A stretch of 48,188 nt of DNA from Candidatus Woesearchaeota archaeon (GCA_016180285.1 JACPBO010000005.1:1-48188), one strand, 5' to 3'. Positions 10,165-20,395 are shown, counted from the first letter of the stretch. Numbers and translations: made by a program. Notes: generated from the letters alone by a model not told the origin.

Positions 10165-10245
10165 GTTTCCCTCCTAGTGTACTTATTTATTTTATGTGAT
10201 AATATGTATGAATATTTAAATGTTATGGTTTTTAAGCACATTACG

Positions 10246-12474
10246 TTAAGAAAACTTCGGCTCAATAGCTGATCTGTATGTCTTTGAATATTCTTCTATC
10301 TTGCCCAATACCTCCATTTCATCAACACATGGCGGCTTTGGAACTGTTATGATGTACATTTCAAGGTTTTCCTTGTTGTAGAGATTCCATGATCCAATAT
10401 ACCAGCTGCCTGTGTTATTGTTGATGTACAATCCCCCTAATGGAGCAGGCGTTACATTGATATCCCTGTCTGGCACATATTCATCAACTATCCAACAATG
10501 CCAGCCTTCACAGATGTGCTTGCAGTCTTTAGGTATGATAAAACCTTTTTTGTCAAGATATGTTGCTGTAACTTCATATTTTCCCGGAACAAGCCTTATC
10601 TGCTGCGTGTCTGTTGTAACTGTTGCATTGCTGTAATCAACTATCACAACTTGTTGTAATTCCTGGTCAAAGACATCCTGCTTTACCTTGTTTATATTCA
10701 GGATCAGAAGCTCATCTGAGCTGAGCGATTGAGCCTGGCCGATTCCAGTTGCATCTATGAGCTTTTTCTTGACTTCTACATTGAAGGATTTGAATTCATC
10801 CATTTCAACTGTTATGTTGGCCCCTTTATTCGGGAGGGTTGTCAGTAAAACTGCTTTCGGTATAAAGCCATCTTTCTCCAACAATAAGTAGCCGCCATCA
10901 CATACTGGTAATTTTCTTGCCCAAGAGGATTTATTCGTTGTCAGATTGCGCTGCGTTGAATCAAACGGGCATGCTGAATAAGTTCCGCAGCCAAATGTTA
11001 TAGAAACGCCTTCTAATGTCTTGTACGATGAACTGTTATAAGCAATTATTTTTACCTCGCCGCTTATTCTTTGATTTTCATTGCAAAACAATGTTCTCGT
11101 CACGTTACGTGCTGTTACAGTGCGCGTTGTATTTGTGCTTTGGTCAAATACTTCATAAGTTGAGCTTTTATCTGCTTTTATGCCATATTCAACCAGATTA
11201 TAATCGTAAATTCCAATTGTGCCCTTGCCAAGATGCCATTCCAATAAATCCTTGTTGTCCCTTAAATTGCCTTCCAATGCAAACATAAACCTGTATCCTT
11301 TGTTTCTTAGAGCATTTTTGTCAAATATCGTGACAACAACGGGATAGGAAATGTCATAGAAAAATTCATAAGTATTTGTCTGCGTTGTGCCTGTAATTGG
11401 AAAGCTTTGCTTGTCCACTACGGGCTTTAATGGCTGCGGATTAATGTCAAAATAATAGTTCCAGTTTAAATATGAATAATCAACGCTGATGTTCGGGTAT
11501 TTTTGTTTGAATGCATCGAGCAAGAGCGCATTGTAAAGGCCCTGTTCGCCAGGGCTCGTTATCAATGTTGCATTTGCTGTCCCGTTCACCCTGATCAGGT
11601 TTGCATATGGCAAAACATACTGCTGGATTTTATTTTTTACCGAGCTGAAATCCCAAGTTATTGTGTAGGATTTATCATCTCTCCAAAATATTGGAGGCAG
11701 CTTGTTGAAGTCAGCTCCCGAATACGAGCTTATTAAAATCTTTAAAATATTTTCAAGGCTCTGGTTATTCGCCTCATTTATTGCCAGAGAAGCTGCAATT
11801 GTAAATATCTTTCTGAGGTCAATATCCATTTTAGTCTGGAACTGCTTTACCTGCCTTGTTATGTTGTCTTTTGCAATCTCCATCGGATACTCCACATAAA
11901 CAACAAGATTGTCTCTTGCTATTGTTGTCTCTGTTTTCATGCTTTTTAAATTAAAGCTAAAGCCTTGTTTTTTGAAGACATCGAAATCCTGCAGGCAGGA
12001 GTTTAAATTCCTGTTGATGTAGTTGCTCAACTGCAAAGCTACATTATCCAGAGAAGGCGCAAGTGACGAAACAGTGCAGTTAACGCATTTATTATCAGTT
12101 GCCAAATACCACCAGTATGGAACCGGGTTTAGGGAATTGGGTGACAAGCTGACAGCATCTGAGCTTGTTGGATCAGACATCGACTTATCCAAGTCAAGAG
12201 CTACGCCGCTTAAAGTTGAATCAGATGGGTCAATATAGCCGCCATGCTGCCCCAGCTTGGTTAATGCTTCTGCTGCGGTCTTGTCAATGCATGCTTCAAC
12301 ATATTCTTTTATTGGCTGCATCTCAACAGGGACTTTTTCAATTACCCTCTCAGCCTGAACTTGAGATGGGGCTTTAGCCTGCGTGGATATGATATAGATT
12401 AAAACTCCTGCTGCAATAACTAATATGAGCCCGACTATTATAAATGCTGTGATCTGGGCTTTTTTGTTCAGCAT
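10246..12474 (-). CDS. Large protein with a class III (type IV pilin-like) signal peptide
   Basis: MLNKKAQ/ITAFIIVGLILVIAAG. ATG 12474 overlaps the upstream stop codon. Cys pairs occur in the mature part. Confidence 0.8.
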   Translation of the reverse strand: MLNKKAQITAFIIVGLILVIAAGVLIYIISTQAKAPSQVQAERVIEKVPVEMQPIKEYVEACIDKTAAEALTKLGQHGGYIDPSDSTLSGVALDLDKSMSDPTSSDAVSLSPNSLNPVPYWWYLATDNKCVNCTVSSLAPSLDNVALQLSNYINRNLNSCLQDFDVFKKQGFSFNLKSMKTETTIARDNLVVYVEYPMEIAKDNITRQVKQFQTKMDIDLRKIFTIAASLAINEANNQSLENILKILISSYSGADFNKLPPIFWRDDKSYTITWDFSSVKNKIQQYVLPYANLIRVNGTANATLITSPGEQGLYNALLLDAFKQKYPNISVDYSYLNWNYYFDINPQPLKPVVDKQSFPITGTTQTNTYEFFYDISYPVVVTIFDKNALRNKGYRFMFALEGNLRDNKDLLEWHLGKGTIGIYDYNLVEYGIKADKSSTYEVFDQSTNTTRTVTARNVTRTLFCNENQRISGEVKIIAYNSSSYKTLEGVSITFGCGTYSACPFDSTQRNLTTNKSSWARKLPVCDGGYLLLEKDGFIPKAVLLTTLPNKGANITVEMDEFKSFNVEVKKKLIDATGIGQAQSLSSDELLILNINKVKQDVFDQELQQVVIVDYSNATVTTDTQQIRLVPGKYEVTATYLDKKGFIIPKDCKHICEGWHCWIVDEYVPDRDINVTPAPLGGLYINNNTGSWYIGSWNLYNKENLEMYIITVPKPPCVDEMEVLGKIEEYSKTYRSAIEPKFS

Positions 12475-13277
12475 TTTAATGCCGCCTTTCTTGCGATTAG
12501 TGAAAAGTATATTCTGCTCCATGAGAGATAAAACAGGATGATTAAAATTGCAATAATGATCAGGAAATTCCATCTGCTGGTTGAATATAAAAAGCTGAAA
12601 AGATTCAATAAAATTATGGGGAGGATAATTATAATTGCTAAAGGCAAAAGGAAATAATAAAATTTTGAAATGCCAATCTTAACAGCTTCTTTCATCATTC
12701 CAAATATCTTTTTATCTTTGCTGAAAATTGAATGAAGTATTGCTGTGAAATACAAGAATAAAAGAAGTTCAATGATAATCAAATACGCTGAAATCATGAT
12801 CTTGAATATGAATGCTGTAATAATGATCAGAACCAGCCAAAGCAGATGCCAGATTAAGTCTAATGATAAAAATTTTATAAAAAATGCCCTGTTTAGTTTT
12901 TGCTTTAATATCTTGCTCCACTGAATAGATTTGAATGCTGAAACTGCAAGCACAAGAATTATGAAAAATAAAAACGATGTTGCCAGCGCCTTAAAAAATA
13001 ACTTTACAATAAATTGTATATTAAACAGATCTAAGTCTGTGAAGGAAACGTCCTTGTTCATGCCTGAAGCATAAGAAAGGATTTTTTCAAGCGTAGGGTT
13101 TATGATGCCTGATAAAGAGAGCTCATTGCTTAAAACAACAGAGAGGAGCTTCAAAAGCAAAAGTATGACTATGATCAGGGCTATATCGATCAGAATGTTA
13201 TAGAATAATGTTTTTGGATTTTTAAAGCTCTCTGCAAAAACAGTCTTCTCAAATCTCTTTTTTAATTTTTTTAGCAT
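12468..13277 (-). CDS. Polytopic membrane protein
   Basis: 269 aa with about 6 TM segments; coupled to the downstream gene. Confidence 0.75.
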   Translation of the reverse strand: MLKKLKKRFEKTVFAESFKNPKTLFYNILIDIALIIVILLLLKLLSVVLSNELSLSGIINPTLEKILSYASGMNKDVSFTDLDLFNIQFIVKLFFKALATSFLFFIILVLAVSAFKSIQWSKILKQKLNRAFFIKFLSLDLIWHLLWLVLIIITAFIFKIMISAYLIIIELLLFLYFTAILHSIFSKDKKIFGMMKEAVKIGISKFYYFLLPLAIIIILPIILLNLFSFLYSTSRWNFLIIIAILIILFYLSWSRIYFSLIARKAALKC

Positions 13278-13292
13278 TTTTCCTCATATTCG

Positions 13293-13916
13293 TTATCTTC
13301 TTTGTCTATGCATTAATTTATATATTAAAAATATGGCAATAATTATTCCTAAAATAATCAATGCAACAAGGTACCAATTAAACTTTTTCTTTTCTAACTC
13401 TGGTTTTAAAACGTCCTTACAGTCTTGTGGGCAGCTTTCATAGCGCTCATGCGCCTGGCATGTTCCATCGCCGCAAACCTTGGCGAAATAGCCAACATCA
13501 ATTGAAAGCTCCCTTTCATTTTTTGGATTATATATATTGACGACTTTGCCATTGGTTGCATATTTCATTCTTACAATAAAATCAACAATTTCGCGCGTGA
13601 TTGTGCCGCTTATAATTTCGCTGGTATTCAAGTCCACTTCATCACTTACAATTTCCAGCGGAATCTCAAACCGAATTACAGATAATGGTTTGCCTTCAAA
13701 AGAAAGAAGTTCTGCCTTATAGCCGATTCCGGGCTCGATTGCACTGAATCCGCCTGGCCTTACAGAAACGCCATTAAGCGAGAGTTTCCCCTTGTCGTAA
13801 TGCAACTTCAGCTCATAGTATCTATCGCTTGCACTCGCAGGCAATGCAAGAACTATGCCAAGCTGTAATAAGACAAGCATTAGAAAAATCATCAATGCCT
13901 TTGTTTTAGTTTCCAT
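13293..13916 (-). CDS. Secreted protein with a C-terminal anchor and a CGDGxC motif
   Basis: Signal peptide, CGDGTCQAHERYESCPQDC, C-terminal TM helix and basic tail. Confidence 0.75.
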   Translation of the reverse strand: METKTKALMIFLMLVLLQLGIVLALPASASDRYYELKLHYDKGKLSLNGVSVRPGGFSAIEPGIGYKAELLSFEGKPLSVIRFEIPLEIVSDEVDLNTSEIISGTITREIVDFIVRMKYATNGKVVNIYNPKNERELSIDVGYFAKVCGDGTCQAHERYESCPQDCKDVLKPELEKKKFNWYLVALIILGIIIAIFLIYKLMHRQRR

Positions 13917-13927
13917 TTTTTCACCTT

Positions 13928-16423
13928 TTATTGCACTCTCACTACACCAATTTCAGCCAATTTCTTTATTTTCTCCTCATCCGTTCCTGAATAATAGAAG
14001 TGTATATAAGTCTGGGATTTTAGAATATATAATTCACCCCTATATGAGACGCCAGATTCATAGTTTACTCTAAGAGAATTATCACCATATTCATCTCTGC
14101 CCATTATATACTTTGAATTCCAGCGGGATACCTCGTATTCATAGCCGTCCTTTGCCAACTCCCCATGTCTCACATCGATGCTAACCTCTGGAGTAAAAGT
14201 ATAGTAATAGTAAATCTCCTGGTCATTCATTGTCGTTATCCCGCCTGCTTGACCCGCATTTGTTGTTATATCAAAACCGACTTCGGACAAATCTTCTAAT
14301 TCGAAGAGATAGGTCTGCTCGATTGGAAGACAACCGCTATAGCGTAGAGAATTATCAACATTCCATCCTGCACAATCAACTGAGGCATATTCTTCCTGGC
14401 TTGAGGGATAGCAGCACTTAAATATTTTGTTCATGTGATTGATTGAAACAACATTAAATTCATTAGCAGTATATTCGCTGTTCATTAGGCTGTTCTCTGA
14501 AGACCTATAATCCTCGTAAATAGTGCACCCCTTATAGCAGCCTGCTCCTGCTATGCAATTGGCGCCTGCACCATCGCACCACTTGGGGCAGCCTGCAATA
14601 TCGCAGTTCGGGCGATCTTTGGCAGATGCTCTTCCCTCTTCGCTATATTCATCAGCCAAGCCGCCAAATGAATGCCCAAATTCATGGGTTGTAGTTTTTG
14701 GGCCATCTGCTTGCGATATTGCTAACCCGCTATACTGTGCCCAGGATCTATGAGGATAATTTGTCAGAACTATAATTTGGTCATAAAACGGGCACAGAGA
14801 AGCTAATTCAAATGCGTCATTCTCACAGTCCGCATTCCCAAAATCATAGCAAGATGTATCATAGGCTTTATCCACATAGTAAATATTGAACTTTTGTCTA
14901 TTCTGGCTAAAAGGCTCATAGAAAAGAATTGTTTCCGAGTTAGATGGTACATCCGTTGATGCAAAGGTCAAAAGTTGCTCTTCCGAATAGCCATTCGCTA
15001 GAAAAACAACATCTATCTTGCTTTCATGGTCGCCATTTTCAACTACTGTTTTGCAGAGACTGGCGGCTAGAACATTAACGCTGGCTGCATTATCCGCCTC
15101 TGCATTGTTGCTTGCCTTGTCCTGCGCAGTTATATCAATATAATATTGTACCTCTGCTGCGCCTGTTGAGTCCCAAATATTTCCATATATGCCATCATTA
15201 GCTGTACCCTCTCCATGAGTTCCATCATCGTAGAGGCTGACAGTAGCGATATTTGTTTCATCTGGGTTTTGAATATAAGCATTTACTAAACTAACCCCTG
15301 ATGAATCAGCCACTTTAGCTGTTATTGTAAATATCGTACCAGCCAATCCTGAAGCAGAACTTATTTGTATGTCTGTAATTGCTGGTGGCTCAGTATCAGC
15401 TCCAACACAACTTTCATCATTTTGACAAGTTTGGCCAGATGGACATACGCAAATAGAGCATTTATTAGCCAGATTTCCATTATTGCAAAATAAAGGCTTT
15501 GTCACAGAACACTGATTATATGAAGTCCCATCTGTGCAGGTTTGAGTAGGACTTATGCAGCTTTCGTCTGCTTGACAGCTCTGACCAGAAGGACAACTGC
15601 AGCTTGAGCATTTGTTGATTAAATTTCCATTTTCACAATATGTTGGTTGTGTAGATGAACATTGAGAATATGAAGTACCATCTGAACATGTTAATGTTGG
15701 AGTTGCATTTATGCAAGCGCCGTTAGAGCAGCCATTTGAACAATTATAATCAGACCATGTAGCGACATTGCCTTCACAAACTGCTTCTCTTAGCCAGCCA
15801 TCATTAAGCCCTCCGATAATACATCCATCGTTTATTGTATTCACCCCGCCGGTGTAATCAACTCCTGTAGCATTCCCAAACGTATAATAATTCTTTCCAC
15901 CATCAGAATCTGTGCATATTTGTGGAGTGATTGGAGGTTGTGTTGATATAATTGAAACGTTTATTATCTGCATTAGTGAATCTGGAGATTCAATATAGCC
16001 AAGCTGGATAACATCATAACTAATATTTGAATAAAATGCATTAAAACCTGATGCACCTGTTAGCGGAGATGCACTTGCTGTTTGCGTTATGTTATTTTTA
16101 TCTCCTGTTAGTGTGTTTTTAAGCCACACAGAAAATTCCACATTGTTCGTCATTGGCTGGATGTAGTAAGAAACTTCATATAAAGTCGTGTTGTCAGGAA
16201 ATGCTGTTTTTTCCGCCTGCAATGCTACTGTCAGCTGCGACAAGTAAATTTCTGATGTTGCTGAGCCTGTCTGAGCCTCAGCTGTTCCGCCCCATTTGGA
16301 GCATGTTTCAACCTCCCAGCCCTCAACAGCATACCAGTTTGGAATCTCGTAAGTGGAGAATGTCATGGGCATTGCAATTAATAAAAGAATCACGGCCAAT
16401 GCTGCAAGGATTGTTTTTTTCAT
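13928..16423 (-). CDS. Secreted multidomain protein with Cys-rich repeats, an Ig-like domain and an M64-type zinc metallopeptidase
   Basis: Signal peptide; CTDSDGG module; two Cys repeats; SLYDDGTHGE; KIDVVFLANGY and HEFGHSFGGLADEY, followed by a SLM Met-turn. Confidence 0.85.
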   Translation of the reverse strand: MKKTILAALAVILLLIAMPMTFSTYEIPNWYAVEGWEVETCSKWGGTAEAQTGSATSEIYLSQLTVALQAEKTAFPDNTTLYEVSYYIQPMTNNVEFSVWLKNTLTGDKNNITQTASASPLTGASGFNAFYSNISYDVIQLGYIESPDSLMQIINVSIISTQPPITPQICTDSDGGKNYYTFGNATGVDYTGGVNTINDGCIIGGLNDGWLREAVCEGNVATWSDYNCSNGCSNGACINATPTLTCSDGTSYSQCSSTQPTYCENGNLINKCSSCSCPSGQSCQADESCISPTQTCTDGTSYNQCSVTKPLFCNNGNLANKCSICVCPSGQTCQNDESCVGADTEPPAITDIQISSASGLAGTIFTITAKVADSSGVSLVNAYIQNPDETNIATVSLYDDGTHGEGTANDGIYGNIWDSTGAAEVQYYIDITAQDKASNNAEADNAASVNVLAASLCKTVVENGDHESKIDVVFLANGYSEEQLLTFASTDVPSNSETILFYEPFSQNRQKFNIYYVDKAYDTSCYDFGNADCENDAFELASLCPFYDQIIVLTNYPHRSWAQYSGLAISQADGPKTTTHEFGHSFGGLADEYSEEGRASAKDRPNCDIAGCPKWCDGAGANCIAGAGCYKGCTIYEDYRSSENSLMNSEYTANEFNVVSINHMNKIFKCCYPSSQEEYASVDCAGWNVDNSLRYSGCLPIEQTYLFELEDLSEVGFDITTNAGQAGGITTMNDQEIYYYYTFTPEVSIDVRHGELAKDGYEYEVSRWNSKYIMGRDEYGDNSLRVNYESGVSYRGELYILKSQTYIHFYYSGTDEEKIKKLAEIGVVRVQ
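15407..15691 (-). repeat. Two tandem intragenic 45-aa Cys-rich repeats
   Basis: TCSDGTSYSQCSSTQPTYCENGNLINKCSSCSCPSGQSCQADESC and TCTDGTSYNQCSVTKPLFCNNGNLANKCSICVCPSGQTCQNDESC. Confidence 0.85.
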
Positions 16424-16460
16424 TTTCTTTTTTGTTTTTTATTTTGGTTGATGCTTATTA

Positions 16461-19400
16461 TTAACTGCTGCAATAATCCGTCCCTCCAAGGTCTGGATTA
16501 TAGTCATTGAAATTGAAAGGCGAGTCCGATATATCCTCCCAGTCTAATATTGCCAAGGCAACGCCGCTTATGCCACACAATACACTATCAGCATCAGTTG
16601 GTACTACAGGATTGCATTTGAACTCAATCCCACGGCACGCTAGGAAATGCGCAATGCCTAAAATCATGTATGGCAGATTGTTCCATATCAAATCCAGCAA
16701 GTTCTTGAAAAATTCTCCTGCAATTCCATGCAGTTTGTATGACGCGCTTTCAACATACAAACATTCTCTTTCTGAATACGCCAATTCGCAGTTTGTTGTT
16801 GGCAATCCTTGCGCAGCAGCATCCTCAATGCAGCTTCTGTACATGCACTTGATCTGCCTGTCTTTCTTAAGATTGTAGACATAGCCTGGCATGCACAAGC
16901 AAGCCTGAGCATAATGAATGCTTTTGTATGGATCGAAAAGCCATTGGTCTGTTTCAATAGGGTAGTCGATTCTAGCACTATCGCCTGCTTCCCCCCATGC
17001 CTTCAATTTCTCTGTTGTACTACTCGCAACTCCTCTGCCTGTTATTTTTGATATATCGGCTACAGCCGCCATTGCATTAGAAGTATCCTGCTGTAATACT
17101 TTTGCATCATTATTAGGCATATTTAAGCTCGCTTCACCACCCGCACTACTAGTCACGCTAATAGGTTTATCGAAGTCAAATTTAAGGTCACCATAAGGAC
17201 CCTTTTCCAACAAGTCAGACACCGCTTTATACTGTTCAGTGTCCTCATAACTTAAGTCGGTCGTCTTATCACGTACAGCTCCCAATGCTGCTTGTAATCC
17301 GATATTCGACCATGTGCCGAAGTCGCACAATTTGCAAGTGTAGAGCATTCCTATTATTTTGAATGTCATGGCAAAAGGGTTAACAAAACTAAAGCCAGTT
17401 GGCCATATGACTTGTATGAACCCATGATAAACACTAATGGGTGTGCAGACGGCCATCCAAACTTTGGCGAGGGACACCAAACACGGTCCACACCATTCAA
17501 GAGCCCACCAAAGAGCAGCCAAAATCCCCCACACAATTGATTTAATCGCCTGCAATAACTGATCAATTCTCTGCAGCATTCCTGCAATGCCATATATGAT
17601 CCCGAGCCACTTAGTCCATGTCTCCCATTTGCTGATGTCTTTTTCCAGATCGCTGATTTCACTGTTGATGCTGTCAACCTTATCCTGCACGCTCTCATCA
17701 ACTGTTCCAAGCGCATTATTATACAAGGGGATCGAAACTGAAAAGCTTTCAACTTCAGGCTGTGCATAGATCAGATTGCCGTTCCTCATGTTAAGATTCA
17801 GTTTGCAGTCTATGCTTATTGGAGAATCAACATCGCTCAGATCGCCTGAGATCTTAAACACAACATAAGGCTCTGTGGAGAACTCATTCATTACATAAGG
17901 AGCTGCGCCAAGATAGTCAGAAGTGCAGTTTCCAGCATCCACGTCCATTGAAATGATCTCGGCATTCTGCTGCAATGTTAATGTAACAGGAACAAATACA
18001 GTTGCATAAGTCTGCGAAACAATTCTTCTGTCTATGCCAACAGATGGAATTAAAGCTCCAACAGAAGAGCTGACTAATTCAGGAGGAGAAGTTGTATCTG
18101 TAAGCTGGCATATTGTAACATGTGCAGCTGCTGAAGCATCATTGCCGGCAAAATCTTTTGCATAAACATTTACAGTTGTTTCAATTGCAGTTGAGTACAG
18201 GCTTTGAATGATTGCAGAGCAGTTCCATGTGCTGCTGCTTATATTAACGCAGCTTCCAATTACATCGCCTAATGAGCTTATTGGAGAGGCATTGACTGTA
18301 AAAGAAGGCGCAATGCCTGAATTATCCGAAACAGCTGCATAAAATGCAAGCGCATCATTGCTTGTTGCGCAGATTCCGGATGAGCTTATATTGTAAACAT
18401 TTGAAATAACAGGAGCAGTTTTATCAATCTTTACTTTGCCATAGGTTATGCCCTCTGCGCTAGTTCCGGTATTGTCTTTTATGCTGTCAACCCAGAGCTT
18501 CTTCTCCGCTGAATCATCAGCAGCTGAAAAATCAATATCATCCCATGCGCAAGTATACGTTGAAGAGGATGATGAGCAGTTTGTTGCAGCAACAGAAGTC
18601 GCTCCGCCAATATCCTGGAAATTCAGCTTTACATTTTCTTTTTCCAGGCCAGAGCCGCTTTCTGTTATTGTTGCTTTAACTGTTTCTTTGTGCAGGCCAG
18701 ATGCATAACTTATATTGCCATAACTGTGATTAGTCCCAATATAAGTAACTTGAGGAGATGAAGTGTCTGCTGAAAAAGAATAAGCCAATGCTGCGCTTCC
18801 GTTGTTGCCGCTATTGTCATCAGCATAAAAATTTATTGAAACTCCAGATGTTGCATTTATATTTATGCTCTTCCATGTGCAATAATTAATTCCAGAAGAT
18901 AAAGCGCAGCCTCCGCCTGTTGTTGCAGCTGCATAAACAATTGATGCATAGCTTGGATTAAGCTGTGAAAAGCCTGCTCTTACACTATTGGCATTTAATC
19001 CAGTTCCACTGTCAGTTATCTGCACTGAAACATCTGCTGTTATGCCATTTTTGCCGACATAAGTTACAGCTTTTCCATTGCTTAGTATCTGCAAAGAGCT
19101 TATTGCAGGAGCAGAGCTGTCAACTATAAATCCATCGCAAATGAGAGAAGATGCCTGGCCAATATTGTCATAAGCAACAACACATGCCTGAGTTGATCCA
19201 TTGCCATAATTAAACAAGGATGCTGATCTTGAGATTGCTGCTCCATTGCTGCACTCTTTCGTGTTAATTGGGATTGTTTCAATAAGATTTGCTGCATCAT
19301 ACTTGTACAGCTTTATCTCCTTTATCCCGGAGCATTTTCCTGTGCAGCTTGAATCTGCGCATGCTGTATCGGCAGCAGAATAAGTTATGCTGATGTTTGA

Positions 19401-19859
19401 ATTTGCATTTGTTCCGTTCTGCAGGACATCAACAGCTGCTGTTGGCGCAATATTGTCAATAGTTATTGTTGTTGCAGCAGTTATAACTTCGGTTCCAGTG
19501 TCATTATATAAATGAATTGTATAGCTGTAGCTTTTGGCATCTACTGTAAAACTCGTAGATCGATAAGAGCAGTTGAAAGAAGCCCCCATGTTTCTGCAGC
19601 TGCTGAAAACATCGCCAACTCCGAATGTAACCTGAGATGGGACTATGGAGCTGTCGCCGTCAATCTGCGCATCAACATCAACATTTGTCGAGTCTGTTGC
19701 TTTCCTATAGCCCTGAACTCCATTGCTGCCGTAAATTGAATTTACAGCTATTCCGGTTGCAAATACATTTGCGGTGTAGAACGGAAGGGTGAGAATAAGG
19801 AAGATCAGAAGGCTTGCTATGAAAACTATGTAGTTTTTGACATATTTTTTGTTAATCAT
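16461..19859 (-). CDS. 1132-aa secreted/membrane protein with Ig-like repeats, a coiled coil, hydrophobic helices and a Cys-rich C-terminus
   Basis: N-terminal hydrophobic segment; repeated D-x-x-(A/S)-P...D-x-x-GN boundaries; heptad stretch VQDKVDSINSEISDLEKDISKW; CLCMPG...CMYRSC. Confidence 0.75.
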   Translation of the reverse strand: MINKKYVKNYIVFIASLLIFLILTLPFYTANVFATGIAVNSIYGSNGVQGYRKATDSTNVDVDAQIDGDSSIVPSQVTFGVGDVFSSCRNMGASFNCSYRSTSFTVDAKSYSYTIHLYNDTGTEVITAATTITIDNIAPTAAVDVLQNGTNANSNISITYSAADTACADSSCTGKCSGIKEIKLYKYDAANLIETIPINTKECSNGAAISRSASLFNYGNGSTQACVVAYDNIGQASSLICDGFIVDSSAPAISSLQILSNGKAVTYVGKNGITADVSVQITDSGTGLNANSVRAGFSQLNPSYASIVYAAATTGGGCALSSGINYCTWKSININATSGVSINFYADDNSGNNGSAALAYSFSADTSSPQVTYIGTNHSYGNISYASGLHKETVKATITESGSGLEKENVKLNFQDIGGATSVAATNCSSSSSTYTCAWDDIDFSAADDSAEKKLWVDSIKDNTGTSAEGITYGKVKIDKTAPVISNVYNISSSGICATSNDALAFYAAVSDNSGIAPSFTVNASPISSLGDVIGSCVNISSSTWNCSAIIQSLYSTAIETTVNVYAKDFAGNDASAAAHVTICQLTDTTSPPELVSSSVGALIPSVGIDRRIVSQTYATVFVPVTLTLQQNAEIISMDVDAGNCTSDYLGAAPYVMNEFSTEPYVVFKISGDLSDVDSPISIDCKLNLNMRNGNLIYAQPEVESFSVSIPLYNNALGTVDESVQDKVDSINSEISDLEKDISKWETWTKWLGIIYGIAGMLQRIDQLLQAIKSIVWGILAALWWALEWCGPCLVSLAKVWMAVCTPISVYHGFIQVIWPTGFSFVNPFAMTFKIIGMLYTCKLCDFGTWSNIGLQAALGAVRDKTTDLSYEDTEQYKAVSDLLEKGPYGDLKFDFDKPISVTSSAGGEASLNMPNNDAKVLQQDTSNAMAAVADISKITGRGVASSTTEKLKAWGEAGDSARIDYPIETDQWLFDPYKSIHYAQACLCMPGYVYNLKKDRQIKCMYRSCIEDAAAQGLPTTNCELAYSERECLYVESASYKLHGIAGEFFKNLLDLIWNNLPYMILGIAHFLACRGIEFKCNPVVPTDADSVLCGISGVALAILDWEDISDSPFNFNDYNPDLGGTDYCSS

Positions 19860-20008
19860 TTTTTCAGCTTCCTTATCTTTATCTCCACAGTATCATCTTC
19901 CTTAAGCGAAATATAATCAGAAACATCTTTAGGAATCCAGATAAGAAATCCTCTCCCGGATTTGGCTACTCTTTTTATAAAGCTCAACGGCTCTTGCTCA
20001 GTTGTCAT
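19856..20008 (-). CDS. 50-aa AbrB/MazE/SpoVT-like DNA-binding protein (not in the ORF track)
   Basis: MTTEQEPLSFIKRVAKSGRGFLIWIPKDVSDYISLKEDDTVEIKIRKLKK. ATGA overlap with the next gene. Confidence 0.85.
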   Translation of the reverse strand: MTTEQEPLSFIKRVAKSGRGFLIWIPKDVSDYISLKEDDTVEIKIRKLKK

Positions 20009-20010
20009 AG

Positions 20011-20080
20011 TTTAGCTATATTTTACTATTTTAAACTTTATTTTATGGTATTTTACTATTTTTAACTATTTTATACTATG
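20011..20080. repeat. Seven phased degenerate 10-bp repeats (consensus TTTTACTATT)
   Basis: tttagctata/ttttactatt/ttaaacttta/ttttatggta/ttttactatt/tttaactatt/ttatactatg. Confidence 0.7.
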
Positions 20081-20083
20081 ACA

Positions 20084-20098
20084 TATATAAACATTTCG
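20084..20098 (-). promoter_or_regulatory. BRE-TATA promoter of the AbrB/surface-protein operon
   Basis: Minus strand reads CGAAATGTTTATATA. Confidence 0.65.
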
Positions 20099-20134
20099 TT
20101 TTTTGATGTGTGTAGGGAATAACACCTGCTATCT

Positions 20135-20395
20135 TCAACATTCCAAGAACTCTTCTATTTCTTTCTTTTTGCCAATATTAAGGGAGACATGAAGTTCATG
20201 TGTTTTCTTATACCTGTTTATAAAGCCTGCCTTGTACAGCTCTTCCAATGCATCTTTAACTTCTTTTCTCCCAATAAGATGTTTTGGCATGCCTTTGAAC
20301 AAATTTCTTTCTTCGGTATGTGATGCGCCCCATTTTGGAGGAGAAAAATTCCTTAATTTTCTGATAAAGAATTTCTGCAGTTCCCTTTTTTCCAT
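20135..20395 (-). CDS. Small basic winged-helix-like protein
   Basis: KWGASHTEERNLFKGMP...ALEELYKAGFINRYKKT...VSLN; pattern-level similarity to 42509-42814. Start could be 20434. Confidence 0.65.
   Translation of the reverse strand: MEKRELQKFFIRKLRNFSPPKWGASHTEERNLFKGMPKHLIGRKEVKDALEELYKAGFINRYKKTHELHVSLNIGKKKEIEEFLEC

Noticed and set aside
19833..19842. Second isolated GTTTTTGACA match
   Set aside because: No central palindrome or partner arm; likely chance in AT-rich DNA.
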